DNA of 64,000 nucleotides from an uncultured archaeon (GCA_964373255.1 CAYJTG010000003.1:25759-89758), one strand, 5' to 3'. Counted from the stretch's first letter, positions 39,067-49,541 are shown. Program-made: numbers and translations. The notes: generated from the letters alone by a model not told the origin.

Positions 39067-40008
39067 CTATACATTATTGCGCCAATATCCAAGCATATCT
39101 TTAAGTGTTTTGTCTATAGGTATAACAGGCGCCCATCCTATGGACTTGATTTTTGTGTTGTCACCGACAAATATCGGATCCTCCAGAATGCGCAATTTTT
39201 TCGGGTCCTTCTTCACCTTCACCCTCGCATCAGAAAATGAAACCAATTTATTTAGCAAATCTCCGACCTTGTATCTATTCCCTGTGCAAACATTGTAAAC
39301 GTCTCCAAATACGCCTTTCTTGGCAAGCAGCCATACGGCCTTTACAGCATCTCTTACATCGGTATAATCTCTTATACCTTCTAAATACCCGACGTCTGCT
39401 GCATTTCTTTTATTATTCTCTACCTCTGCAATCATCTTTGAAAAATCGGAGCATGCGTCATTGGTCTTTTTTGGCCCTGTTACATTGAAAAATCTGGCGC
39501 GAATTATTTTCATCTTGTACGCATGCCAGTAAAGATAAGCAAGCATATCAGTTCCTATTTTACTGACTGCGTAGGGGGAGGATGGCCTAAATTCTTTTGT
39601 TTCTTTGACTGGTATTTCATTTTCGTAATTGAGTCCATACTCTGCAGAAGAGCACGCAACGATTATTATTGGATTAATATTAGCCGCCCTGACAGCTTCA
39701 AGCAAATAAAGCGTGCCTATTATATTTGTTCTGAACGTATTTTCAGGATCCTTCCAAGATGGCATAACGAAGCTCTGCGCAGCTAGATGAAATATATAAT
39801 CGGGGGCAACCTTTTTGATTATTCTTTTCAACTTTTGTTTATCTGTTATATCGCAAACTTCAAGTTTCAGGTTTTTTTCAATATGTGATATGTTTTTTAT
39901 ATTTTCGTTTTTGTGAAGTATTCCATAAACTCCAATATTTTCTGATATAAGCAAATCAGCCAGGTGCGACCCTATAAACCCACCTATGCCAGTTATCAAT
40001 GCTTTCAT
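39067..40008 (-). CDS. NDP-sugar 4,6-dehydratase-family SDR. GDP-mannose / GDP-heptose 4,6-dehydratase-like.
   Basis: 'ALITGIGGFIGSHL', 'SSAEYG', 'SPYAVSKIGTDMLAYLY'. 313 aa. Confidence 0.6.
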   Translation of the reverse strand: MKALITGIGGFIGSHLADLLISENIGVYGILHKNENIKNISHIEKNLKLEVCDITDKQKLKRIIKKVAPDYIFHLAAQSFVMPSWKDPENTFRTNIIGTLYLLEAVRAANINPIIIVACSSAEYGLNYENEIPVKETKEFRPSSPYAVSKIGTDMLAYLYWHAYKMKIIRARFFNVTGPKKTNDACSDFSKMIAEVENNKRNAADVGYLEGIRDYTDVRDAVKAVWLLAKKGVFGDVYNVCTGNRYKVGDLLNKLVSFSDARVKVKKDPKKLRILEDPIFVGDNTKIKSIGWAPVIPIDKTLKDMLGYWRNNV

Positions 40009-41522
40009 TATTTCACTACCTTGAAAAGAAATTTTAATATCCTACCTGAAACCTTGATATTAATCTCGGACAACATTTTTATATCTGACTTTTTGACGAC
40101 TTTCGAAAGCAAGATAAAAACCAAATACACTGTAAAACCAATTATCAAGCTTATAATTGCCTCTAGAATTGATTCGGTAACCAGAGTATTTTTGACAAAA
40201 AATATTATTATAGTTGCTATAATGCCGCCTACGAAAACCTTTACCATTTCGGAAATGCTGAAACCTATTTTTATGTATTTCCCGAGAGATTTGTAGGACA
40301 TAGTTATCGCCAACAAATAAGAAATCATAGAGGATATCGCAGCGCCTATTATTCCTATCAAATTAATGAGCAACAAATTAAGTGTAAAATTTATAGCCGC
40401 AATGAAGATAATTATCCTCGTAGTTATTTCTGGTTTACCTATACCTAAAAGGCTTATGTACATTATAGAAAATATACTCTGAAATATAGCGCTTACAGTC
40501 AGTATTTGAAGCAAAGGTGCTGCATTTATATAAGATGGCCCAAACACGAGATTTAATGTAATCTCAGGAAATGTTATTAGTATTATTGCAAATGGTATAA
40601 TAAAAATAAATAAAAATTTAAGCAGCAATGAAATGCCAGAATCTAAAGCGTACCTTTTATCAGAGTTCCATATGGCAGAAACTGATGGAAGCAGAACTAT
40701 TCCTATAGCACTAGAAAACACAAGCAGAAATTGCGCAGTAGGCATAGCAACCTGGTAAAGCGCTACATCATTCAGAGAAAGGAAAAATGCTATCATAAGA
40801 CTGTCGATAGACGCTATTACTGTAGCCGCAAAAACTCCGGCAAATACGGTAAGGCTGAATTTCAATAGCTTTTTGGCTACGCGTGGTCGCACAGATTCTG
40901 TGTCATACGTCCTGTATCGTTTAAAAACGTAAAATACTAGAGCGGCATTTATTACAGCTCCAGAAATTAGATAGCTTAAAGCGACACCACTTGCTCCAAG
41001 AGAGAGAGAAAACGATAAAATAAGAAACCAAATAATTAAAAGTCTGACAGGTTCAATGAGTGCATATGATTTGATCTTATTCAAACCTTGAAGAACTGAT
41101 TTAAGGACGACAAATCCGATAAGAAATTCTATACTCATTATTTGTACAATTATTTTTGCTGATGCGTCATGAAAAAAATTTACAGCTATTATATCTGATA
41201 AAAAGAACAGCGTGACAGATATTATTAAACCTACAAAAAATTGCGAAATAAATGAATAATATATAATAGACTTTAGATTGGCGAATTCCTTTTTACTCTG
41301 AAATTCCGATATAAATTTGGTGACAGCTTGGCCAAGACCAAAATCCTTAAAGACCCCAAAAAAATATAAAAATGCTAGCACAGAATAGAACATACCAAAA
41401 TCTAAAACACTGAGGTTACGGGCAAGATATATTCTTAATCCATAACCTAGCAATGTCCCTGCTAGACCTATGATCAATACAGTAAATGTGCTTTTAGCAA
41501 TATGCTCTTTATAGTTTTCCAT
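40008..41522 (-). CDS. MOP-superfamily oligosaccharide flippase, Wzx-like.
   Basis: 504 aa. About 12-14 TM helices. The Wzx-typical N-terminus 'NYKEHIAKSTFTVLIIGLAGTLLGYGLRIYLAR'. Confidence 0.8.
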   Translation of the reverse strand: MENYKEHIAKSTFTVLIIGLAGTLLGYGLRIYLARNLSVLDFGMFYSVLAFLYFFGVFKDFGLGQAVTKFISEFQSKKEFANLKSIIYYSFISQFFVGLIISVTLFFLSDIIAVNFFHDASAKIIVQIMSIEFLIGFVVLKSVLQGLNKIKSYALIEPVRLLIIWFLILSFSLSLGASGVALSYLISGAVINAALVFYVFKRYRTYDTESVRPRVAKKLLKFSLTVFAGVFAATVIASIDSLMIAFFLSLNDVALYQVAMPTAQFLLVFSSAIGIVLLPSVSAIWNSDKRYALDSGISLLLKFLFIFIIPFAIILITFPEITLNLVFGPSYINAAPLLQILTVSAIFQSIFSIMYISLLGIGKPEITTRIIIFIAAINFTLNLLLINLIGIIGAAISSMISYLLAITMSYKSLGKYIKIGFSISEMVKVFVGGIIATIIIFFVKNTLVTESILEAIISLIIGFTVYLVFILLSKVVKKSDIKMLSEINIKVSGRILKFLFKVVK

Positions 41523-41736
41523 TAAATAACCTCAACGTAATGTGCATGTTATTATTGTTTCTGTTTAAATCACGTATCGATAATTTTTTAACGTCATCCT
41601 CAAGCAAGTAAAGAATTATATATATTACAGTTTGCGTCATATATGCTTAGAAAGTGAGACTTTCTAGATGCTAAAAACTTGTGCTTTTTGGCATAACTAA
41701 CAATAAAACTAACAAAATTTTTGGTGGTGAAGTAAC

Positions 41737-42831
41737 ATGCAAATATGCATGCTTTCAGAACTCTTCTATCCGTATATGCTTGGGGGTGCTGAAAGGCGAT
41801 ACTATGAGATAGCCAAAAGGCTTGCAAAACGCCATGAAATAACTGTATACGCGTTAAGATTGAGGGGGGTTCCTGATAAAGAAGTTATAGATGGTATAGA
41901 AATAAGAAGGCTTGGAATTTCTCATCCTCTCAATAGAAGGAGTTTCATGCCTCTGGCCAGCTATTTTCCTGCATTTCTCAAAGCTGTAAAAAATGAATAT
42001 GACGTTATAGACGTCAACCAAGGAATGGCTTCTTTTATGGGCATCGTGAAACCTATCATTAAAAAGCCGATGGTTGCGACATTTCATGATATTTATTGGA
42101 ATAAATGGAATCGTCATTTTGCTTTTCCGTATTCTAACATAGGTAAATTTATGGAATTCGTATGGTCTAAAACAAAATATACAAAAATAATAGCTAATTC
42201 ACCTGAAACAAAGGAAAAGCTAGAAAACTTAAAATTCAGATCGACAGTAGAGATGATACCAAGCGGCGTGGACATGCGGCTGATTAATAGTATAAATGGC
42301 AAAAAAGGGGGAAATACAGTCGTGTATGTCGGCAGGCTAGAGGGCTATAAAAATGTTGAGACTGTCCTACACGCTGTGGCAAAGGTAAGAGCAAAAATTC
42401 CAGATATAAAGCTAAATGTTGTTGGTTCGGGGCCGAAAGAAGCGGAACTCAAAAAATTAGCCAGTGATCTTTCAATAGATGCCGAATTCTTTGGATTTGT
42501 CGATGAAAAAAAGAAATTTGAAATTATCAAGTCTTCTGACGTACTGATAAATCCATCGTTTGTTGAAGGTCTCGGCCTGATTGTGTTGGAAGCCATGGCG
42601 TGCAAAGTGCCTGTTATAGCAAGGGATCTTAAATGTTACTTCTTTTGTAACGGCAAAAATTCTGTACGGTACACGAATAAAGAAAAACTCCCAGAACTTA
42701 TCGTAGACATCATCCAGAATAAAAACCGAAGAAATGCAATGGCTCGAAATGGTTACCAAACGGCAAAGCAATTTTCGTGGGATGAAACGACAAAAAAAAT
42801 AGAAAATCTCTACAAAAACTGCTTACACTAG
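41737..42831 (+). CDS. GT4-family glycosyltransferase.
   Basis: 'INPSFVEGLGLIVLEAMACKVPVIA'. Confidence 0.8.
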   Translation: MQICMLSELFYPYMLGGAERRYYEIAKRLAKRHEITVYALRLRGVPDKEVIDGIEIRRLGISHPLNRRSFMPLASYFPAFLKAVKNEYDVIDVNQGMASFMGIVKPIIKKPMVATFHDIYWNKWNRHFAFPYSNIGKFMEFVWSKTKYTKIIANSPETKEKLENLKFRSTVEMIPSGVDMRLINSINGKKGGNTVVYVGRLEGYKNVETVLHAVAKVRAKIPDIKLNVVGSGPKEAELKKLASDLSIDAEFFGFVDEKKKFEIIKSSDVLINPSFVEGLGLIVLEAMACKVPVIARDLKCYFFCNGKNSVRYTNKEKLPELIVDIIQNKNRRNAMARNGYQTAKQFSWDETTKKIENLYKNCLH

Positions 42832-42888
42832 CTTGGCGGTGTTGTCAATTAAAAAGGCTTTAATACTTTTTCCTTTACACTTAGGTAC

Positions 42889-43848
42889 ATGAAGAATGAA
42901 AAAATACTTATCACAGGCGGCGCCGGTTATTTAGGGTCGGTTTTAACAGAACACCTTGTCAATCTTGGCTATGACGTAGCAGTTTTAGATAATCTTATGT
43001 ACAACCAAAACTCACTCCTGCACCTGTTTCACAATAAAAACTTCCGGTTCATAAATGGTGATGTAAGGGACACGGAATTATTGAAAAAAATAGTCCCGAA
43101 TTTCGATTTTATTCTCCCTTTAGCAGCAATAGTTGGCGCAAACGCATCAGAACGCGATAAAGAACTTACCAAATCTGTTAATTATGAAGCAATTGCGTCC
43201 ATCAATAAAATAAGAGACCAGAAAAGACAGAAGATAATTTTTCCTACAACAAACAGCGGTTACGGAACTAAAAGCAGCGACATTTATTGTACAGAAGAAA
43301 CACCACTAGAACCTATATCGATTTATGGCACAACAAAGGTCGAGGCAGAGAGAGAGCTGTTGAAATCTAACAATACAATAACGCTTAGATTAGCCACATG
43401 CTTCGGGTTCTCGCTAAGAATGAGGATAGATCTCTTGGTAAATAACTTTGTATACAAAGCGATAAAAGACGGCTACATTGTACTATTCGAAAAGAACTTC
43501 AAAAGAGATTTTCTGCACGTTCGTGATGCTGCCAGATGTTTTGTTCATTGTATAGAGAATTTTGAATCGATGAAAAATGAACCCTATAACGTAGGCTTGG
43601 AAGATGCAAACCTGTCAAAAGAGGAACTATCACTAAAAATTAAAGACATACTAAAAAGTACTGCTCAAAAAGACCTTTACATACACGCGTCAGAAATAGG
43701 TAAAGACCCCGACAAAAGAAACTACATTATTTCAAACAAAAAAATAATGTCTGCTGGATTTAAGTGTAGATATTCTTTGGAAGACGGAATAGAAGAACTA
43801 ATAAAAGGGTATGAACAGCTTTTTGATAAACACTACACAAATTTTTGA
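42889..43848 (+). CDS. NAD-dependent NDP-sugar epimerase/reductase (SDR).
   Basis: 'ILITGGAGYLGSVL', 'YGTTKVEAE' (YxxxK). Confidence 0.68.
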   Translation: MKNEKILITGGAGYLGSVLTEHLVNLGYDVAVLDNLMYNQNSLLHLFHNKNFRFINGDVRDTELLKKIVPNFDFILPLAAIVGANASERDKELTKSVNYEAIASINKIRDQKRQKIIFPTTNSGYGTKSSDIYCTEETPLEPISIYGTTKVEAERELLKSNNTITLRLATCFGFSLRMRIDLLVNNFVYKAIKDGYIVLFEKNFKRDFLHVRDAARCFVHCIENFESMKNEPYNVGLEDANLSKEELSLKIKDILKSTAQKDLYIHASEIGKDPDKRNYIISNKKIMSAGFKCRYSLEDGIEELIKGYEQLFDKHYTNF

Positions 43849-43857
43849 GGCGATTTA

Positions 43858-44811
43858 ATGGCATTGAAGGCTAAAAAAATAGTTGTTGCTGGTGCTTCTG
43901 GATTTCTTGGGAGGAATTTTACACATTCTCTAACTAAAGCTGGGTATAAAAATGTCATTGTACTAAGCTCTAAGGATTACGACCTTACAGAGCAGATAAA
44001 AGTAAGGCAAATGTTTGCGGATTTGAAGCCTGAAATCATCATCAATCTTGCAGGGTACGTAGGTGGTATATTAGCAAACAAAACCTATCCTGCTGACTTC
44101 TGCTACAGGAACCTTATAATGAACGCAATGCTTCTTCATGAAGCTTATATAAATAATGTAGAAAAAATAATTTCGTGCATAGGTGGCTGCAGCTATCCGG
44201 CAAACGCACAAAGCCCTATAAAGGAGGAAAACCTGTGGGAAGGCTATCCGCAAAAAGAAAGCGGCCCGTACTCTGTGACAAAGCGCATGGTTGCTGAGCA
44301 GGGTAATTCATACAGGCAGCAGTACGGGCTGAACGCCGTTACTGTTGTTCCTGGCAACATGTACGGCCCGTACGATAATTTCTCACTGAACAATTCACAT
44401 GTTATTCCGGCGTTAATAAGAAAATTTTACGAGGCAAAGAAAGAACACAAAAACGAGGTAGTCGTATGGGGCAGTGGCAAACCTACAAGAGACTTTGTTT
44501 TTGTGGAAGACGTAGCAGAATGCCTTATAAAAGTCCTAGAGGATTATAACGGTCCGCAGATAATAAACATATCGTCCGGCACAGAAGTACCTATACGAGA
44601 ACTTGTAGAAACAATATCAGAACTTATCGGCTTTGATGGAAGTATAGTATGGGACTCGTCCAAACCTGACGGCCAGATGAGAAAAATATTTGACGTCACA
44701 AAAATGAAAAACATTCTTGACTTTGAATGCAGAACAGATCTAAGAACCGGCCTGAAAAAAACGATACAGTGGTTTGAAGAGAACTACGAAAAAGGTACTG
44801 TAAGATTGTGA
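43858..44811 (+). CDS. GDP-L-fucose synthase-like 3,5-epimerase/4-reductase (GMER/Fcl family). Alternatively a GDP-6-deoxy-heptose reductase.
   Basis: 'KIVVAGASGFLGRN', 'GNMYGPYDNFSLNNSHVIPALIRKFYEA', close to the Fcl signature 'NLYGPHDNF...SHVIPALLRRFHEA'. Confidence 0.75.
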   Translation: MALKAKKIVVAGASGFLGRNFTHSLTKAGYKNVIVLSSKDYDLTEQIKVRQMFADLKPEIIINLAGYVGGILANKTYPADFCYRNLIMNAMLLHEAYINNVEKIISCIGGCSYPANAQSPIKEENLWEGYPQKESGPYSVTKRMVAEQGNSYRQQYGLNAVTVVPGNMYGPYDNFSLNNSHVIPALIRKFYEAKKEHKNEVVVWGSGKPTRDFVFVEDVAECLIKVLEDYNGPQIINISSGTEVPIRELVETISELIGFDGSIVWDSSKPDGQMRKIFDVTKMKNILDFECRTDLRTGLKKTIQWFEENYEKGTVRL

Positions 44812-44907
44812 AATACGAACACAACTGGCGATATGTAATGATCGTACATATTGCATTGTTCAAGTGGAAGAACATGGAATCGGAGTTGACTTTGAAGCAT
44901 AAAACAG

Positions 44908-44931
44908 TCTTTACTTAGTTCTTTACTTAGT
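44908..44931. repeat. Perfect tandem duplication of a 12-nt unit (TCTTTACTTAGT, twice) across the stop codon of the 44923-45447 gene.
   Basis: Read directly from the sequence. Confidence 0.5.
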
Positions 44932-45447
44932 TAATTCTACGTGAAGCTCTTTTGCCGGAAATATCCACGCGAGTCCTGAATTTTCATAAAGCCACGGAAA
45001 CCTATTTGCTATAGGCGACATCCAAGAAAAAAATCTGCTGAACACAAGGTTTGTCGTAACTTCAGAAAAATGGAATTTGTAGTAGTAGCTCAGATTGTTG
45101 CCTGCCATAAATGGCGCAAAGCTCTCCTTTGTAAAATACCACTTGTGGTGCGGATGGTAGGCGCTCGGTATTGTGGCGTAAGGCACAACTATGTACGCCC
45201 TGCCGCTTTTTTTTAGCACCTTGTGTATTTCTGACATCGCCTTTTCAAAGTCTTTAACGTGCTCTATCGTGTGCTCTGTAAATATTTCATCTATACTGTT
45301 TTGTTTGAATTTTTCTGACAAATTACATACGTCCACAACAACGTCGGGCTTCACGGCCTTAGATATATCGCAGTTTACGTAGCCTTGTTTCCGTTTAGCG
45401 CCACAACCAATATAAAGTTTTGCCATAAAATCATTTTCCTCTTGCAA
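44923..45447 (-). CDS. Small SAM-dependent methyltransferase-like protein.
   Basis: 'LYIGCGAKRKQGYVNCD' and 'IFTEHTIEHV', resembling the Methyltransf_11 family. 174 aa. Confidence 0.5.
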   Translation of the reverse strand: MQEENDFMAKLYIGCGAKRKQGYVNCDISKAVKPDVVVDVCNLSEKFKQNSIDEIFTEHTIEHVKDFEKAMSEIHKVLKKSGRAYIVVPYATIPSAYHPHHKWYFTKESFAPFMAGNNLSYYYKFHFSEVTTNLVFSRFFSWMSPIANRFPWLYENSGLAWIFPAKELHVELTK

Positions 45448-46189
45448 AATCGAAAACGGTCTTTTGTGTCTTCTCGATACTACAGATCTTTTTTATTTTC
45501 GATACGTTGACATTGTACGCCTCTTTCTTCAGTTTGTAAAGATTTTTATCAAGGCGTACTCCAACAAATTTAGCCGCCTCCTCTAACTTGATTGTTCCGT
45601 CACCGCAGATATTGAATATTTCATTTTTTTGGTTTCTTATCTGATAAATTATTCTAGCAACACCAGACGTGTTTATGTACTGGTATTCGGATCTTGGGCT
45701 GACAAACAACGTGCCTTTTGTCATAAGGTCGAATATGGCGTTCTTCTTCAGGCCTTCCCCAACCATACCACCGAGTCTTGTTATCAGCCAGTCGTTTGTG
45801 TATTTTTTGACGATCTGTTCGCACAGCCACTTGCCGAACCCGTAATTGCTGAGCTTCTCAGGCGTAATCTTTGCGTCTTCTCTGTTCCTTTTTGTGTCTG
45901 AAACGTCATTATAGACGTCTATAGACGATATCAGTATGTATTTCTTGAATCTGAAATCCACAACTGTATTCAATACCGACAATACATTGAGTTCAAAATC
46001 TTTTTTTGGGTCCTCCGCGGCCAGCCTCTTCTTTGAAGAACCGCCTGCGTTTATAAATATATCACAGTTGCTGCCAACAAAGTCTGTATAATTATCCCTG
46101 TCTATACCAGCAAAATCTATTCGTTTTGACTGAAGATATTTTCCTATTGCTGATCCAACAAATCCCTTATACCCAAGCAAGTATATCAT
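45431..46189 (-). CDS. Short NAD(P)-binding Rossmann protein. dTDP-4-dehydrorhamnose reductase / epimerase-like.
   Basis: 'IYLLGYKGFVGSAI' glycine-rich N-terminus. 252 aa. Confidence 0.45.
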   Translation of the reverse strand: MIYLLGYKGFVGSAIGKYLQSKRIDFAGIDRDNYTDFVGSNCDIFINAGGSSKKRLAAEDPKKDFELNVLSVLNTVVDFRFKKYILISSIDVYNDVSDTKRNREDAKITPEKLSNYGFGKWLCEQIVKKYTNDWLITRLGGMVGEGLKKNAIFDLMTKGTLFVSPRSEYQYINTSGVARIIYQIRNQKNEIFNICGDGTIKLEEAAKFVGVRLDKNLYKLKKEAYNVNVSKIKKICSIEKTQKTVFDFARGK

Positions 46190-47151
46190 TTGATATCAGC
46201 CTTCCTGAACTTTATGTATCCTTTTGTGAAATAATAAAACCTTGACAGTGGTATAATCCATATGAAAATCAATAGTTTTAACTTTTCACCAATTGATCCG
46301 TCTTTATCTTCGACTAGTTTTCTACCAGCAATTATCAAATATATTAAAACTATGAATATTGCTGCTGTGGCATAAAATGCCGCCGAATAAAGAAACGCTA
46401 AAAGCAGGAAAGGCGAAAAGACACTTGGCCATATAGTTGCTGGCATGCCATTTTTATAAAAATATTTTTTGTACAATTTGGCGTGCTTTCTTATGAGCAG
46501 ACCATCATAGAGGAATGTCCGCTGGTTTTTAATCCTGTAAAACACAGAAACTTTTTTTGAAATATGTGTCATCCTTGCTTTTTCACAATACACCATTTTG
46601 TAGCCGCTTTCTATAACACTCCACGCGAGGTCTGTATCTTCTCTGGCTATTTTAAACCTTTTGTCAAATCCGCCGATTTTTTTTATTATGCTCATCCTGT
46701 AGGCGCTGTTATGCCCTATGAACTGCAAATAATCGTTTTCCATGTGGTACCAGAAAAGCCCTTTTTTATCAGCGGCAGTCCGTCCTATAACTCCGCCAAC
46801 GGATTTGTCTGAAAACGGCTTTACAATCTCTTCCATCCAGTTTTTTTCGACGATGCAGTCGGAATCTACAAAAATAACTATTTCGCCCTTTGCCATATCG
46901 ATGCCTGTATTTCTTGCGGCGTTTCTTCCTGGTGTTTTATCGACAAGAATTTTCAGCCTCTTGCTCTTCTTTGCGTATGCGTTCAGCATTTCAAGCGTCC
47001 CGTCTGTTGAGCCGCCATCAACGGCAACAATCTCGTAATTCTTGTAGTCAGACCTGAGCATTGCATCAATGGTTTTTTTCATGAGGTCTTTTCTATTATA
47101 AACAGAAATGACAACAGAAACTGATAATTCTTTCATTTTAATCGCCTTCAA
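46186..47151 (-). CDS. GT2-family glycosyltransferase with C-terminal TM helices.
   Basis: 'VSVVISVYNR', 'VDGGSTDGT', 'VDSDC'. Confidence 0.8.
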   Translation of the reverse strand: MKAIKMKELSVSVVISVYNRKDLMKKTIDAMLRSDYKNYEIVAVDGGSTDGTLEMLNAYAKKSKRLKILVDKTPGRNAARNTGIDMAKGEIVIFVDSDCIVEKNWMEEIVKPFSDKSVGGVIGRTAADKKGLFWYHMENDYLQFIGHNSAYRMSIIKKIGGFDKRFKIAREDTDLAWSVIESGYKMVYCEKARMTHISKKVSVFYRIKNQRTFLYDGLLIRKHAKLYKKYFYKNGMPATIWPSVFSPFLLLAFLYSAAFYATAAIFIVLIYLIIAGRKLVEDKDGSIGEKLKLLIFIWIIPLSRFYYFTKGYIKFRKADIK

Positions 47152-47182
47152 ATAAGAAAATGTATTGTTATATTTTGAGTTT

Positions 47183-48361
47183 TTAGACTGTCTCGTTGAA
47201 CCGTACCCTGAAAAGCTTGACCTCTCCGCCCCAGCTATTTACGAATTCGAAACTGTTTAGACCTACGCCGTTGAACAGAAACATCCTTGTAAACAGCGCA
47301 TTTTCCAGTTCTGGTGTCATAAAGAGGAGTGTTTGCCTTGAACCGTCTAACCATAAGGTCCCCTTGACCTCTGCCGCTGCGTCGTTATACAAATTGAATG
47401 CACCCTGACGGTCGAAGTACCATAATTTCTCTACGCGAAGAAGGTTGTTTTGCTGCTGCAGAAAAGGCCTGAGCGTGCCATTTGTCTCGTACAAAACAAA
47501 CGCGCTGTCTTGTGCAACCCTGTAATAGAATGCTATAGCGTTCTGGTCTAAAACAGGTCGCGCGGATTCTAGCGGTATTATGACGTAGTTGTGCCGCTGC
47601 CCATAGTTCGGCGCATTTGTCGGGTTCCACGTGGCGAAATAAGTCCACCACTGGCTTTTACCTATAAGATCCGAGGACGCGATATAGTAGAGTTCATCGC
47701 AGTCGGGCTTTTTATAATCTTTCAGAATTTTCACAGCTAACGTCTCGTTGCCTGTGAACAGTGTTGTTCCGATGTCCTGTATTCGTGCCCTTGTAACAGT
47801 TCCGTCTTTATAAAACAATACGCGGTTTATGCCGTGGTCTTGCTGCTCAATAACGATCCCGGTTTTTGTTTCGTCGGTTGGCAATGTTATAGTAGAACCC
47901 TGAGATGCTCCATCAAATACAATAGCACGCCGAGCTATGCCAGTTATAAAATGCCCTGGGTCCCAGTACGTTGCGATGACGGCGCATTCCTTTGTATTGT
48001 TCTTTATCCAGTTAAGTGCCTCCCACCAGTTGTCCGAAAGCACGGTACCAGAACACTCTGAGATTCTTAGACTATCGAGGTAATAGACATTCACAAAAAA
48101 TATGAATATTATAACCAAGAGAACGAATGAAAACAGTTCTCTGTTATTTATCCTTTTGCCAAAACGTGCACCTATGGCTATAAGAAATATAACAGCGGCA
48201 CCTATATAGAGCTGTAATGAATATCCGTCAATCCAGTCCTGGGACGTCATGGAACCACAGGTTGTTTGTACGCCACTAAAGAGAATCAACAGCACATATA
48301 TGATTACTATACTGATGATGCCTGCAGTAAATTTATTCGCGTTTATGTCCATGCTAATCAC
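47183..48361 (-). CDS. aglB: C-terminal part of AglB/STT3 oligosaccharyltransferase. Three TM helices followed by a periplasmic catalytic domain with a WWDYG-type motif.
   Basis: 'TYWDPGHFITGIARRAIVFDGAS' lies immediately after the third TM helix, as the WWDYG block does in STT3/PglB/AglB. The reading frame is offset from the upstream TM ORF. Confidence 0.55.
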   Translation of the reverse strand: MISMDINANKFTAGIISIVIIYVLLILFSGVQTTCGSMTSQDWIDGYSLQLYIGAAVIFLIAIGARFGKRINNRELFSFVLLVIIFIFFVNVYYLDSLRISECSGTVLSDNWWEALNWIKNNTKECAVIATYWDPGHFITGIARRAIVFDGASQGSTITLPTDETKTGIVIEQQDHGINRVLFYKDGTVTRARIQDIGTTLFTGNETLAVKILKDYKKPDCDELYYIASSDLIGKSQWWTYFATWNPTNAPNYGQRHNYVIIPLESARPVLDQNAIAFYYRVAQDSAFVLYETNGTLRPFLQQQNNLLRVEKLWYFDRQGAFNLYNDAAAEVKGTLWLDGSRQTLLFMTPELENALFTRMFLFNGVGLNSFEFVNSWGGEVKLFRVRFNETV

Positions 48362-49541
48362 TCATGTTCTTATCCTCACCGCTAGCCAAACGGAACAATT
48401 TAGAAAATAAAATTCCTGCAGCTATAGCTACCGGGGCTGAAAACAGTATTGTAAATCTTATAGCAACAAGTGTTGCCAAGAATGGGCCAACAAACCATAT
48501 GGCGAGCAAAATAATTGTGTCAAGGTGCTGCCTCTTTTTTATAAACGAAAATAATAGGTAGATAATACAGAATATCATGAGGAAAAATGGCGAGCCTATG
48601 CGGTTTATTATTTCCTTGGCGTCAGAAGGGTTCTGAAGCTCAGCGACAGACACATAAACATTCGGGAAGGTTCTTGCTTCGCTTTTGATTTCCGGAAACT
48701 GGATTGGTCCTGTTATCGTGGAAACGATAGGGTTGACGCCGAAAACCGGAACGGTAAAGGCGAAGAACAGCAAAATAATTATGACATAAGAAAATATCGG
48801 AGACCTATAATTGTGTAATGTTTGCCTTGCATTTTTTGTTTTTATGAAACTTGTAACGATCTTTAGAAACACAAATCCTGTTATCAGCCAAACAACAAAC
48901 CAGAATCCGCTCCATGTATAGTACCACGCTGTAAGTGCTAAGCCGGCTGCAATTGAAAGTACGATTGTTTTCTTTCGAAATCCTTGTTCCAACGATATTT
49001 TATGCGCTACAACAAAAAGTGCCATGACAACTAGAGGCATCAGAAGGACTATTCCGTCGCTGTCCGGGTCGCCGCCAAGCGTTCGCGCTATAATCGATGC
49101 GTCAAACATGATAAATGCCGCTGCCAGCACACCCGCCTTCCTGTCGTACAGTGTTTTGGCCAAAAAATACATTGGTATAGCCATCAGGGCAGCAAGAAAT
49201 GCTGGAAACCATATAAGAAACTGAAATAGTGACGTGCCTTGCGAAAATATATGGTAAAACATATATGCGTATGCGCTGAAATAGACGTAGAAATCTTGGC
49301 TTATAACTCTGTCAACACCAAAAGGCGCCTGCGCAAGTTCATTTCTTGCTGGAAGTGCTCCACCGTTGTTAACTATATCTTCTATATCTCTGGCAAAATT
49401 GTACGAGTCAATATTTCTGAGGTAAGGCCACCTGTAATCTATAAGTCTTATATACATCCCAAGAATCATGATTACAACAAGAGCTATGATCACCCAGCGT
49501 TTACTCAGAAATGCCAACAACGTGTTCTTGTTTATTAACAT
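48354..49541 (-). CDS. aglB: N-terminal membrane domain of AglB/STT3 oligosaccharyltransferase (about 10 TM helices).
   Basis: 395-aa polytopic ORF with first-loop acidic motifs ('RNIDSYNFARDIEDIV', 'GGDPDSDG'). It ends in a TAG that overlaps the start of the downstream catalytic-domain ORF by 8 nt in another frame. Confidence 0.5.
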   Translation of the reverse strand: MLINKNTLLAFLSKRWVIIALVVIMILGMYIRLIDYRWPYLRNIDSYNFARDIEDIVNNGGALPARNELAQAPFGVDRVISQDFYVYFSAYAYMFYHIFSQGTSLFQFLIWFPAFLAALMAIPMYFLAKTLYDRKAGVLAAAFIMFDASIIARTLGGDPDSDGIVLLMPLVVMALFVVAHKISLEQGFRKKTIVLSIAAGLALTAWYYTWSGFWFVVWLITGFVFLKIVTSFIKTKNARQTLHNYRSPIFSYVIIILLFFAFTVPVFGVNPIVSTITGPIQFPEIKSEARTFPNVYVSVAELQNPSDAKEIINRIGSPFFLMIFCIIYLLFSFIKKRQHLDTIILLAIWFVGPFLATLVAIRFTILFSAPVAIAAGILFSKLFRLASGEDKNMSD

